From IMG/VR virus record IMGVR_UViG_3300011008_000034, positions 96,001 through 160,000 of that record: a DNA stretch of 64,000 bases; one strand, given 5' to 3'. A program made the position numbers and the translations under genes. Positions 1-9,451 of this stretch are shown here, piece by piece; within the stretch, counting starts at the first letter, position 1, and the number at the start of each line of letters is the position of its first letter. Below the pieces are notes generated by a model, which saw only the letters and a list, made by a program, of their open reading frames with translations, was not told the origin of the DNA and searched no databases. Source of the DNA: a virus. Taxonomy: Duplodnaviria > Caudoviricetes.

Positions 1-259
1 TATTAATAGCATTATTAGCTTCTACTTTTGCATCTTCTGCATCCATAGAATAACAAAACCAATAAGCTGAAATGTCTCTAATTCCAATATCATAAGCTTT
101 TTGATATGCATATAAAAATGATTCATCTCGTTCTGGTGATACACCATAACCAAGACGTAGAATAATGAAATCCTTCCAATTAGAATTCTTTAATGTTTCC
201 CAAAAATCATCTAAATAAATAGCTTGATTGTTATTTTCTGATAAATCTATTCCTTGCAT
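1..259 (-). CDS. GH25-family muramidase (endolysin), runs off the window start
   Basis: Manual translation MQGIDLSENN...DFIILRLGYG...RDESF...SAYWFCYS...AKVEAN matches the GH25 N-terminus (GIDxS, ILRxGYG, YWFxY). AGGAGG lies upstream. Not in the ORF track. Confidence 0.8.
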   Translation of the reverse strand, partial: MQGIDLSENNNQAIYLDDFWETLKNSNWKDFIILRLGYGVSPERDESFLYAYQKAYDIGIRDISAYWFCYSMDAEDAKVEANNAIN

Positions 260-269
260 ATTTTCCTCC

Positions 270-1394
270 TTATACATGTACTACAATAAAAGAATTTGGT
301 AATGCTATACAAAAATTGTTTTGGCTTTTTAATTTGATATGATAAAAAGCTTCTTTTTTATTATATATCATAATATTGGACATAATAATCTTATGATTAT
401 AATGCTGAGATTGTGTAATAAAATCTTGTAAATCAGTAAAATACTGACTTAATTTAGAAAAACTAGGAGCTTTAGAATGCAAATATTTACGTTTTTCTTC
501 ATATGTTGTTTCTGATATTTGATTATTGTCATCTAAAATAGCTTTTCCAATTTTTAACATTTTATTTCGTTTTGCTGATTTTCTATCTTCAGGAGAACGA
601 GTAAGACTTTCATATTCATGTTGAGATAGAAATTGTTCGGCTTCATAAGATAAATTAAAAAATTCATCATAAGATACAAAGTATTTTTTAATTAAATAAT
701 CAGATAAAGGATATCGAAGAAATTGTTTTGCATAATGGGATTCTATTAAATCTTTTGTCAGATTAGTATATTTTTTGATTAAACATGCTCCAGATTTTGC
801 AATTAAATCTCGTTTCTGTTTATTTTGCATATTCATGTCTTTATCTTTATTAAATCGTAATTCTTTGGTTTTATCATGATATGCTTTATGCTTATTTTTA
901 TCTAACCACATTAAATTCGTGGGATTGTTGTCTCTATAATTTTCATTAATATGATGTATTTCAAATCCAGAAAAATCTGTTTTTGGTTCATAATAAAATT
1001 TCACCATATGATGTGTATACATATATGTATTTATCACAAAATCATAATACATCTCACGATCATAATTAAATTCATGATTTTTTGAATATTGAAATGACAT
1101 AGGAATAATGGAAGTATATGATAAAATATCTTCAGCATATAAAGAATAAAATTCTGGAGTAATGAAAATCTGATTCTTATCACATTCTAAAGAATCTCCA
1201 GTATCTAATTTCATCTTACATGCTTCTGTTAAATATTGTTTATTGATAGAAATAATTTCATCTGGTACTATTTCCATATCTGGAGTTATAGAATAACAAA
1301 AACATCTAACATGATTTTTTATCAAATGATTTAATTCTTCTAAAGTAGGCATAGTACCATTTAGTAATTTGATATGAGTACTATAATGAAGCAT
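270..1394 (-). CDS. Free-standing degenerate intein-like (Hint) protein with HNH endonuclease
   Basis: The N-terminus MLHYSTHIKLLNG resembles intein block A and the C-terminus NHKI...FYHIKL...NNF...IVVHV resembles blocks F/G. Central EIHHINENYRDNNPTNL is an HNH motif. Has its own RBS. Confidence 0.7.
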   Translation of the reverse strand: MLHYSTHIKLLNGTMPTLEELNHLIKNHVRCFCYSITPDMEIVPDEIISINKQYLTEACKMKLDTGDSLECDKNQIFITPEFYSLYAEDILSYTSIIPMSFQYSKNHEFNYDREMYYDFVINTYMYTHHMVKFYYEPKTDFSGFEIHHINENYRDNNPTNLMWLDKNKHKAYHDKTKELRFNKDKDMNMQNKQKRDLIAKSGACLIKKYTNLTKDLIESHYAKQFLRYPLSDYLIKKYFVSYDEFFNLSYEAEQFLSQHEYESLTRSPEDRKSAKRNKMLKIGKAILDDNNQISETTYEEKRKYLHSKAPSFSKLSQYFTDLQDFITQSQHYNHKIIMSNIMIYNKKEAFYHIKLKSQNNFCIALPNSFIVVHV

Positions 1395-1631
1395 TGATAT
1401 TTTCCTCCTTTAAAAATAGATAAAAAATGTACAGATAACGATAACCGGTTTAAAATAGAAATGGAGGTGAAAAAATGAAAAGTAAAAAATTGATTAAAAA
1501 TGCTTCAAGAGTAGAAATTGAACGGCCAATATCTAATAAGCCATTACCTACATTTAATCCCAGAAGATTAGATAAAATTAACTATATTTATCTAATAATG
1601 AAATAATAACAAAAAATATAATTCCATTCAT

Positions 1632-1660
1632 TTTACATTTGTTATTTAATATGATATAAT
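1632..1660 (+). promoter_or_regulatory. sigmaA-type promoter for tnpB
   Basis: TTTACA-17 nt-TATAAT with extended -10 TG. Confidence 0.7.
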
Positions 1661-1678
1661 ATTAATGAAGGTGATAAT

Positions 1679-3013
1679 TTGAAAAAGAATAATCATAAGA
1701 AAAAACACATAATTCAACATCCTATAGGTATTTCTTTTATTAGTAAGGATTTAAATAAAGAAAAATATGAGCAGATCAAGATTTTTACAAAAAGAATAGT
1801 AGAATGTAAAAATTATATGTCTGCTTATTATTATTGTATGTATCATTTTAAACGTACTATATCTAAAAATGATTTTTGTAAGGAAATGAAAAATAATAAA
1901 ATCGATCAAGCTTTTGATATTCCTAGCGGAATTTTTCAACAAGCTTGTTATGATGTTTGGTCTAAATATTTCAAGAAAAAACCTCCTAAAAAAATAGTGA
2001 CATTTAAAAAATTATCTTTTATAGGTGTAAATACCACTTCTATTCCTATGTTTATGAAATCTGATAACATTCATACTAATGGTATTATTAATTTTAATAT
2101 TCCTAAACAAGGGATTATAGCTATTCCTTTTAAATATTCTAAAAAATATCATGGGGATTTAACAAAAATTCATTATTCTATGAAAGGTAAAGGAGGATAT
2201 CAATATCAAAAATTATATCGATTAACTATAAATGAAGGTACTGAAACCATAAAAATTTCTATTACCGAAGAAAACAAAGATTATTATGAATTAGAATATG
2301 ATAAGCAAAAAATTTTAGGTGTAGATGTTAATATATCTAGAAATTTATTTGCTTGTAGTGATGGTTATTTTATAGAACACGATAAAAAATTGGTGCAAAA
2401 ATTAATTAATCATGATTTAAGAAATAGACAAACCATAAAGACAAAAAAGAAAAGGGGATTATCAGAAGAACATAGTAAGAAACAGAAAATTATAGATGAA
2501 CGAGATAAAAATAGAGCTAAATGGCATATTATTACTAAATTATTACAGCTTTTTAAATATGCAAAAAGAATGGGATATAACCATTTGGTATTTGAAGATT
2601 TATCTCCATTTTATGGAAAAAAGTATATAAAAAGCAAGTATAATGATGTTAATCAAAATGAATTAATGCATATCTTACATTTTTTTGATATAAAAAATGC
2701 AGCTATAGCATTAGGAAAAAAGTATGGTTTTTTAGTAAGCACAGTACCTGCAGCATATACATCAAAAGGTTGCCCGATTTGTAGTCATATTCATAATGAT
2801 AATAGAAAAACACAATCTCATTTTAAATGTATGTGTTGTGGACATACTTATGATGCAGATACTAATGCTGCTTTAAATATCAAACAAAGAGTTTCCTTAG
2901 AGGTTCTAAGGAATCAAATGGCTACCAAAAGAGAAAAGCAATGTTATGATGCTAAAGATTTAACATTGAAAGAAGTTAAACAAATCATAACAGATTATCA
3001 TTTAACGGCTTAA
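1679..3013 (+). CDS. tnpB: TnpB-family RNA-guided nuclease (divergent N-terminus, no tnpA)
   Basis: RuvC-I GVDVN, RuvC-II VFEDL, Zn finger CPIC...CMCC and RuvC-III DADTNAALNI. Confidence 0.85.
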   Translation: MKKNNHKKKHIIQHPIGISFISKDLNKEKYEQIKIFTKRIVECKNYMSAYYYCMYHFKRTISKNDFCKEMKNNKIDQAFDIPSGIFQQACYDVWSKYFKKKPPKKIVTFKKLSFIGVNTTSIPMFMKSDNIHTNGIINFNIPKQGIIAIPFKYSKKYHGDLTKIHYSMKGKGGYQYQKLYRLTINEGTETIKISITEENKDYYELEYDKQKILGVDVNISRNLFACSDGYFIEHDKKLVQKLINHDLRNRQTIKTKKKRGLSEEHSKKQKIIDERDKNRAKWHIITKLLQLFKYAKRMGYNHLVFEDLSPFYGKKYIKSKYNDVNQNELMHILHFFDIKNAAIALGKKYGFLVSTVPAAYTSKGCPICSHIHNDNRKTQSHFKCMCCGHTYDADTNAALNIKQRVSLEVLRNQMATKREKQCYDAKDLTLKEVKQIITDYHLTA

Positions 3014-3130
3014 AAAATCTTTTCAAGGAAGAAGAGTAGGTTCTGAAAATGTTACCTTTCAATTATATTGATAAAATAAAATAAAAATTGAATATAATGA
3101 ATCATATAATTTAATTTTTATACATTATAA

Positions 3131-3535
3131 ATGTTGTCAGAATATCAAAAGCCATTTATCGTAACCGCTACATTAGAAGCAATTTCCGATATGCACTATA
3201 CTTTTATTGATGTTAAACCATTTATAGAAAAAATAGATTCTTATAGAATTGGAAACCTATGTGACCATATTAATTTACAAATCAAAGACGTTTTGCAATA
3301 CATTGATATTAGTGAATTACAAATTGGAATGAATGTGTTTTTATTTTGTAATACTAAAATATATTACTCTAAATATAATGAAAAACGTTTTGGACTAGAA
3401 CTTAGTGATACAATCAAATGTCCAATTTTATTCACAAAAGAACAAGTATTAAATATACCGGAAAATTCATATATGCATTTTACAAATGATGTATTGACTA
3501 AACTAAAAATAAGAATCCAACCACCTAGTTTTTGA
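3131..3535 (+). CDS. Hypothetical protein, paralog of 36499-37224
   Basis: Shares a KP/RP...(L/I)CDH(I/L)N...DV..YI...C...Y.....RxG..L pattern. Confidence 0.6.
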   Translation: MLSEYQKPFIVTATLEAISDMHYTFIDVKPFIEKIDSYRIGNLCDHINLQIKDVLQYIDISELQIGMNVFLFCNTKIYYSKYNEKRFGLELSDTIKCPILFTKEQVLNIPENSYMHFTNDVLTKLKIRIQPPSF

Positions 3536-3543
3536 TTAAACTA

Positions 3544-3572
3544 TTTACATTATATTGAAATTGTGATATAAT
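3544..3572 (+). promoter_or_regulatory. sigmaA-type promoter
   Basis: AAACTA-TTTACA-17 nt-TATAAT with extended -10 TG. Confidence 0.7.
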
Positions 3573-3584
3573 TAAATTAAGGAG

Positions 3585-4655
3585 GTGGATGGATTGAAGA
3601 AAAAAGAATTGTACGAACGAATCAATGAAATGGCAATGGATTATATAGAGCATTGTGAAGGATTCAACGAAGAACTTAGCATTAAAGCAATGGAAAAAGT
3701 TTTATCAGATAAACAAATTCATATTAATTGTTGTACTGGATATCTTGGAATGTCGAGCTGGTTATATGCAAAAAATAAGAACATTTTATTCGGGCCTGTA
3801 TTTCATCAATGCTTACATTGGAATAAGACAAAAGTATTTTTCTCTTTTAATGAGCAATTAGAACAAGAAATTCAAAATAGTAATTGGGACTGTACGGCAA
3901 ATGTTCCTGCTATTTTATTAAATCAATGTCCATTTACTTCATTTTTTATTCAAACAAATACTAATTTTGTTAATTATAATTATGAAAATCAAATTGACGG
4001 AAAACCGGATATTGAAGGAAAAGGATTAGGATTTTTTGTCACAATTTCACCAGGAAGAAAACAAGATAAGGAAACGTATAAGTTTTCCTTTAATGGCGAT
4101 AAAGTTATGGATATAACCTTTTGTGCTAATTCAATTGATGATGTTGATTATATGAATACATTAACAGTATCACTTGAAATTCCTAGCAATAATCAAGCGG
4201 TACAAATAAAAGATGCGATTATTTTCTCTCAAGACTATGACAAAGTTTATAAAGATGACGAAAAGAAAATTTTATTATGCAAAAAAAATGATATGGAAAT
4301 GTTAATCAAAGCATTACAGTATATTTTACATTTATGCTCTAAAAATAGTGAAATTATACCTAGAATGCCTGTCAAAAAATCTTTTATGACAAAACGACAA
4401 AAAGCCAATGCAAAAGTGAAATGTTACGAAATTAATCTAAAACCATCTGAACGTAATTTTCCTATTCATCATAATTCTCAGCATAGTGGAAATCATACTG
4501 GAGAAACAAGAAAAAGTCATGTTAGACGAGCTCATTGGGCTTTTCGCTGGTGTGGAAGCAAAGCTGAACGTCACCTGGAAATACGTTGGATAAAAGAATG
4601 CATTATTCATCCAGAAATGCAAAATGCAGGAACAATTTTAAATGTTAGGAGATGA
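3585..4655 (+). CDS. Phage protein with AcrVA2-like C-terminal motif
   Basis: C-terminal HVRRAHW..RWCG......RWI motif and a size similar to the AcrVA2 family. Confidence 0.5.
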   Translation: MDGLKKKELYERINEMAMDYIEHCEGFNEELSIKAMEKVLSDKQIHINCCTGYLGMSSWLYAKNKNILFGPVFHQCLHWNKTKVFFSFNEQLEQEIQNSNWDCTANVPAILLNQCPFTSFFIQTNTNFVNYNYENQIDGKPDIEGKGLGFFVTISPGRKQDKETYKFSFNGDKVMDITFCANSIDDVDYMNTLTVSLEIPSNNQAVQIKDAIIFSQDYDKVYKDDEKKILLCKKNDMEMLIKALQYILHLCSKNSEIIPRMPVKKSFMTKRQKANAKVKCYEINLKPSERNFPIHHNSQHSGNHTGETRKSHVRRAHWAFRWCGSKAERHLEIRWIKECIIHPEMQNAGTILNVRR

Positions 4656-4840
4656 TTCATATCGGAGATTATTTTATTAATAATTTTTCCAATTTATTAG
4701 AAGCATTGAGCAAAAATTTAGAACATGATATGCTTATAAGTATATTTATAGCAGTTATATTTGTTATTATTATGATTATTAATATTTTCATTGGAGAAAA
4801 AAGGAGGAGAAAATATGAATCTAAACGACTTAAAAAATGA
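4652..4840 (+). CDS. Small membrane protein
   Basis: One hydrophobic segment followed by a basic tail; overlaps the upstream stop. Confidence 0.5.
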   Translation: MIHIGDYFINNFSNLLEALSKNLEHDMLISIFIAVIFVIIMIINIFIGEKRRRKYESKRLKK

Positions 4841-5777
4841 TAAAAACTATCATGATTTATTTGATAAAAATTTAAATATTAGTTATTTAACATTAGGCGG
4901 TTCAAAAGCATACGGGACAAATACTCCTCAATCAGATACAGATATTCGTGGATTTTTCTTAGAAACCAAACAAGATTTATTAGGATTAAATGAATTAAAA
5001 GAAGAATATGTTTTTCCTAATACAGATACTGTTGTTTATAGTTTTGGAAAATTTGTAAAATTATTAATTGCTTGTAATCCTAATATGATTGAATTAATTG
5101 GGACAAGAGATAGCGATATTATTTATGAATCCGATTTGAGTCAAGAAGTTAGAAATAATGCTTTTCGGTTTTTAAGTAAAAAATGTTTTTATAGTTTTGC
5201 TGGATACGCTACAGCACAGCTTAGACGTTTGGAAAATGCATTAGCTAGAGATTCTTATACTGAAATTGAAAAAGAACGTCATATTATGAAAAGTATTGAA
5301 GGACAATTTTTAGCTGAAAGAATGCCTGAAGGAATTCATCATGATTCTTTCCAATTTTCATTACATGATGATGAAATTCATGTATCTGTAGAATTAAATG
5401 ATGTTCCATTAAAAACATTATTAAATACTCAATCTGCAATTTCTAATACAATCAAAAATTTTGGAAAATTAAATCACCGTAATCACAAAAAAGACGAATT
5501 ACATTTGAATAAACATGCTATGCATTTAATTCGGTTATACTTAATGGCAATAGAAATTCTTGAAAAGCAAGAAATCCATACTTATCGTGATAAAGACCAT
5601 GACCTGTTGATGTCCATTCGTAATGGCGAAGTTCCTTATCCTGATATTTTTAAGTTACAACAAGAATTGGAAACAAAATTACATAAAGCTTATCAAAACA
5701 CCAAACTTCCAGAGCATCCTGATATGAATTGGATTAACAATTTTGTATATGAAATGAGGAATAAATATGCAGAATAA
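4815..5777 (+). CDS. Pol-beta superfamily nucleotidyltransferase (RlaP/YcgL-like)
   Basis: GGSKAYG...SDTDIRG (GS..YG, DxD), NPNxxE and KHAMHLIRL. Start placed at the ATG after AGGAGG. Confidence 0.85.
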   Translation: MNLNDLKNDKNYHDLFDKNLNISYLTLGGSKAYGTNTPQSDTDIRGFFLETKQDLLGLNELKEEYVFPNTDTVVYSFGKFVKLLIACNPNMIELIGTRDSDIIYESDLSQEVRNNAFRFLSKKCFYSFAGYATAQLRRLENALARDSYTEIEKERHIMKSIEGQFLAERMPEGIHHDSFQFSLHDDEIHVSVELNDVPLKTLLNTQSAISNTIKNFGKLNHRNHKKDELHLNKHAMHLIRLYLMAIEILEKQEIHTYRDKDHDLLMSIRNGEVPYPDIFKLQQELETKLHKAYQNTKLPEHPDMNWINNFVYEMRNKYAE

Positions 5778-5844
5778 TGTTATGTATACAATTTTTGGTT
5801 GTTTAAGTGCTATTATTGGTTTTCTCTTATTGGAGTGGTTGTAG

Positions 5845-6021
5845 GTGAAACGAATTAAAGTATTTTTTCATGGTCATGATGAAATGTTTGTAAGTGATGA
5901 AAAAGGGAAAGATTATGTTAGACATCCATACAAAATGCGCCAAGATTTAATAAAAAAGTATGGTGTAAAAGATGGAGATTTAATCATAAGCAATTTTGAG
6001 GAAATCAAAAAGGAGAAATGA
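5845..6021 (+). CDS. Hypothetical 58-aa protein
   Basis: GTG-start open frame filling the gap before the next gene; manually translated. Confidence 0.45.
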   Translation: MKRIKVFFHGHDEMFVSDEKGKDYVRHPYKMRQDLIKKYGVKDGDLIISNFEEIKKEK

Positions 6022-6024
6022 AAA

Positions 6025-6441
6025 ATGGATTTTAGAAACATTGCAAAGTTTTTAGAAGAACGTCGTGATGACAAACAATCGTTTACTTTATATTACGCAA
6101 GGATTTCAAAAGATAAAGAATTGTTATGCAGTCAATTTAAAATGCAGATTAAAAGTGACTATGGATGGCCAACCTTAGAATTTGTTGATAAAAAAGGCGC
6201 TAAAGATAAAGGATATGCATCTATTCGTATTTCCACGGGGAATAATAATAAAATCAACGATACTTTAGACTGTATTCCTAGAGCAATTGGAAGGACAAAA
6301 CAAGAAGCTTTGCAATGTTTAAAAAATTCATTACGATACAAAATTGAATTACGAAAAAAAGATATTGAAAAAGCAAATTTAATCATTAAAAATTCTGAAG
6401 ATGAATTAAAATTGATAGATGAACAATTAGAAACGGAATGA
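6025..6441 (+). CDS. Hypothetical protein
   Basis: ORF with AGGAG RBS and a coiled-coil C-terminus. Confidence 0.65.
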   Translation: MDFRNIAKFLEERRDDKQSFTLYYARISKDKELLCSQFKMQIKSDYGWPTLEFVDKKGAKDKGYASIRISTGNNNKINDTLDCIPRAIGRTKQEALQCLKNSLRYKIELRKKDIEKANLIIKNSEDELKLIDEQLETE

Positions 6442-6445
6442 TAAT

Positions 6446-6604
6446 GTGACATTAGATGAAGCGATAAAACATGCAGAAGAAGTAGCTAATTCAAAATGTG
6501 ATTCGTGTGGAGCAGAACATCGACAATTAGCCAATTGGTTAAAAGAATTAAAAGACTTAAGAGAAAGATTAATCAAACAAATAGACAAAAAAGAGTGGAA
6601 TTAA
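6446..6604 (+). CDS. Small phage protein (MTLDEAIKHAEEVA...EHRQLANWLKELK)
   Basis: Manual translation resembles a common small phage protein family; ends in the terminator. Confidence 0.65.
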   Translation: MTLDEAIKHAEEVANSKCDSCGAEHRQLANWLKELKDLRERLIKQIDKKEWN

Positions 6605-6615
6605 TCCACTCTTTT
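6587..6615. terminator. Bidirectional intrinsic terminator
   Basis: AAAAAAGAGTGGA-ATTAA-TCCACTCTTTT between convergent genes. Confidence 0.8.
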
Positions 6616-8041
6616 ATTTATAACGAATGCGATACCATGTTCTGCGTTTCTTTAATTGTAATCTTTTACATTTTCCACACAATATGAAATGCGGTAAATT
6701 ATTGAAATTTTCATTTAAATAAAAAAATTTATTTGCGCAAATTTCAATATTTTTATGACAAAAATCACATTCAAATTTTATTTTATTTATGAATTGACCA
6801 TTGTAAATTATTTTATATAATGAATTACTTGCATAAAAGTTATGAATAAATTTTATTTCATAATCATTAGTTGTTACTTTTTTCCAATGATTATTTACAT
6901 ATATTTCTCGTATATTCAGTGCTTCTTTTTTTTCTTTACTAAATTTATTTCTCTCATAAATATAAAAATTTGTTGATAAGTTATGTTTTACCAATAATGT
7001 ATTAATGTTTTCACGTTTTATATTAAGATTTTTCTCAATATATCCAATTGTTTTTCCATCTTCTAAATATTGAAGAATAATGTCAAAATATTTTTTTTCA
7101 ATATTTTCTAAATATTGTTGTTTTTCAATATCATTTTTACACTTTTTACAAATTGATTCTTTGTTATTTTTTATTCGTTTTTCAAAAAAATTTTGCCACG
7201 ATGTTTCACTTATATCATTACAATATTTACATGTATATTTTATTCGTTTTATATCTTCATTTTTATAAATAAGCTTTTTTACAATAACACCATTATGAGA
7301 TTTTGAAAAATAATAAGTATCATAAATCTCATATTCATCATGATTTACTTTTTCCCATTTATTGTGAAAATAAACTTCTGTAATATTGAAATATTGTTTT
7401 TGTTGTAATGACATTTTTGAATCAAAAATAATTCGATAATTTTCATGTCTAATTCCCTTTTTATATAAAACATCAAAAATTATACGATTCTGATAATAAT
7501 TGTTTCTAGATAATTGTCTTAAATTATATTTTTGATTTATTAAATCTGAAATTATTTCATCACTTTTCTTTTCAAATTTATCTTCAAAATATTGATAATA
7601 TTTTGTTTCCATTTCCATAGATGAAATATTTAATAAATTTGTCTTCTTACAAAAGTCACTAAATAAATTAAACCATTTGCCATCAATGAAATCGTCTTCA
7701 ATAAGATAAAATACATTTAATTTATTTTTTTGATAAATTTTTTCTCTTTGTATATCACCTAAAAACCATTTTCTTTGTAATTCATTTTTTTTTAATGTAA
7801 CTTTATGTCTTAATCTACAAATAAATAATTTGTGGTAATATGCTCCCAAATATTCAATAACTATTTTCATAGAAGGAATATAAATATCAAAAAAATATAT
7901 TTTTTCATCATATAAAAATGGATATTCGTCTTCTATTTGTAAATGTAATGCTTTTTGAAAAAATTCTTCAAGAATTATTTGAGGTTGCGTTTTTTTAGTT
8001 CTTAATGATTTTCTTATTCCATTAATTTTATTTTCTTCCAT
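6614..8041 (-). CDS. Putative homing endonuclease (Vsr/DUF559-like PD-(D/E)xK domain plus two repeated Zn-finger modules)
   Basis: N-terminal FDIYIP..KIVIEYLGAYYH, followed by two similar CxxC-containing repeats. Confidence 0.6.
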   Translation of the reverse strand: MEENKINGIRKSLRTKKTQPQIILEEFFQKALHLQIEDEYPFLYDEKIYFFDIYIPSMKIVIEYLGAYYHKLFICRLRHKVTLKKNELQRKWFLGDIQREKIYQKNKLNVFYLIEDDFIDGKWFNLFSDFCKKTNLLNISSMEMETKYYQYFEDKFEKKSDEIISDLINQKYNLRQLSRNNYYQNRIIFDVLYKKGIRHENYRIIFDSKMSLQQKQYFNITEVYFHNKWEKVNHDEYEIYDTYYFSKSHNGVIVKKLIYKNEDIKRIKYTCKYCNDISETSWQNFFEKRIKNNKESICKKCKNDIEKQQYLENIEKKYFDIILQYLEDGKTIGYIEKNLNIKRENINTLLVKHNLSTNFYIYERNKFSKEKKEALNIREIYVNNHWKKVTTNDYEIKFIHNFYASNSLYKIIYNGQFINKIKFECDFCHKNIEICANKFFYLNENFNNLPHFILCGKCKRLQLKKRRTWYRIRYK

Positions 8042-8070
8042 TAAATTCCCTCCTTTTTATTTTTTATATT

Positions 8071-8100
8071 AAAAAGAGTGGAATTTTCCACTCTTTTTTT
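8071..8100. terminator. Intrinsic terminator, near-copy of 6587-6615
   Basis: AAAAAGAGTGGAA-TT-TTCCACTCTTTTTTT. Confidence 0.8.
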
Positions 8101-8492
8101 TAATAATCACTTTCATCCCATCTTGCAGGATATCCTCTAATCCCAAAATGTATAAATCCAGAACTCTTATATGTCCCAATTGCTAATTCATTTGGGTCAA
8201 TAATACCATTATGATATACATACCATTCAAGTTGTTCAAACGAAAGGAATGACGGAACCAAAATGTCCGCAGCTTCTCCACGAACATGGTCAGAATTAGG
8301 TACTCCTCCGACATCTGCATTATGTTCTGGACATCTATAAGCACAAGATATTTCCAATGGACCACCCATCATTTCACGCATATTATCCAATGCAGCAACC
8401 AATCTATCATCTACTCCATTTTCATCTGGGAAACCACCACAGCAATGACAACTCAACTCCCATTCACTAAAAAATTTACCTGATCGGGACAT
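8100..8492 (-). CDS. Peptidase M15A (Zn peptidoglycan peptidase)
   Basis: F...ELSCHCCG, AYRCPEHN..VGG..NSDH..GEAADI and FIH. Confidence 0.9.
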   Translation of the reverse strand: MSRSGKFFSEWELSCHCCGGFPDENGVDDRLVAALDNMREMMGGPLEISCAYRCPEHNADVGGVPNSDHVRGEAADILVPSFLSFEQLEWYVYHNGIIDPNELAIGTYKSSGFIHFGIRGYPARWDESDY

Positions 8493-8633
8493 GAATTATT
8501 CACCTCTTTTATTTTACTTATTTTTATGTTTTTCGCAACTTTTAATTTTTAAAGTTTACAATTTTTAAAGTTTACAAAAACACCTCTTTAAAATAAAATA
8601 AATTTACCAATCAAATTGGAGGTGTAATTTTTT

Positions 8634-8981
8634 ATGGGAAAGAAAATAGCAGCGAATACTTGGCCATTTTATGACAGAATGAAAAACGAATGGAAAGTCA
8701 GAGTAGATGGACGAGTAGAACGGGGAGATTTAATGTATGTCTTATGTGAATTTTGTAAATCTGGATTATATTATCCATTTAAGATAAGAGAGAAAAAAAT
8801 TGATAATTACGATGACCATGAACACAGCTTTGATGGAGTGCTTCTAAATGTCATGAGATTCCCCGAGGTGTTTAGTATTGAAGATTATAAGGAATACTAT
8901 TCACAACAAGAAATTGACCTCATAGAAAAGGTTCGAGAACGTTCATTACAAATGAAAAACACTAAAAAAGACGAGAATTAA
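8634..8981 (+). CDS. Hypothetical protein
   Basis: ORF with GGAGG RBS. Confidence 0.6.
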   Translation: MGKKIAANTWPFYDRMKNEWKVRVDGRVERGDLMYVLCEFCKSGLYYPFKIREKKIDNYDDHEHSFDGVLLNVMRFPEVFSIEDYKEYYSQQEIDLIEKVRERSLQMKNTKKDEN

Positions 8982-8994
8982 TTCTCGTCTTTTT
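8965..8994. terminator. Bidirectional intrinsic terminator
   Basis: AAAAAAGACGAGAATTAATTCTCGTCTTTTT palindrome between convergent genes. Confidence 0.8.
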
Positions 8995-9448
8995 AAATAC
9001 CTATGTAAAAATCTTCCAATTTTTTATAAGATTGGCATAATTTTTTTACATTTACATCTTTTAAATAATTTTTTGAATATTTTATTTTTTGGTCAAATGA
9101 ATTCCATTTTCGTTCAAAAAATGTAGTAAAAAATGCTCTTTTATGATTATGATTGTCTCCATGAATAGTGTAAATAATTATATTGTCACCTTTTAATTCA
9201 ATAGCAAAATTTTTATCGCATATTAAGAAATTGTCATTACATTCAGGACATAGACATGGAGAATCCCAATGTGGAAATCCAAATGAAACAAAATCCATGT
9301 GATAGTAGTATTTTGTTTTATTATTTTTAGGAGATACCGATAATGGACATCCACACTTTTCGCATTTATCATTTACTACATAACGTTCGTTTATAAATTT
9401 TAAAAAACGATATTTTTCTTTTATCATTACGTCTTTAAAAGATTTCAT
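8993..9448 (-). CDS. Zn-finger protein, tandem paralog 4
   Basis: CEKCGCP...HMDFV...LCPEC. Confidence 0.7.
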   Translation of the reverse strand: MKSFKDVMIKEKYRFLKFINERYVVNDKCEKCGCPLSVSPKNNKTKYYYHMDFVSFGFPHWDSPCLCPECNDNFLICDKNFAIELKGDNIIIYTIHGDNHNHKRAFFTTFFERKWNSFDQKIKYSKNYLKDVNVKKLCQSYKKLEDFYIGI

Positions 9449-9451
9449 ATA

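Noticed and set aside
3062-3558. TnpB guide (TTATATTGA...) targeting the promoter at 3550
   Set aside because: The match is only 9 nt in very AT-rich DNA and the guide boundary is unproven, so it is consistent with chance.
6505-6687. ORF-track 60-aa ORF and the many short antisense ORFs inside long genes
   Set aside because: These are shadow ORFs without RBS; the more plausible gene here is 6446-6604 in another frame.
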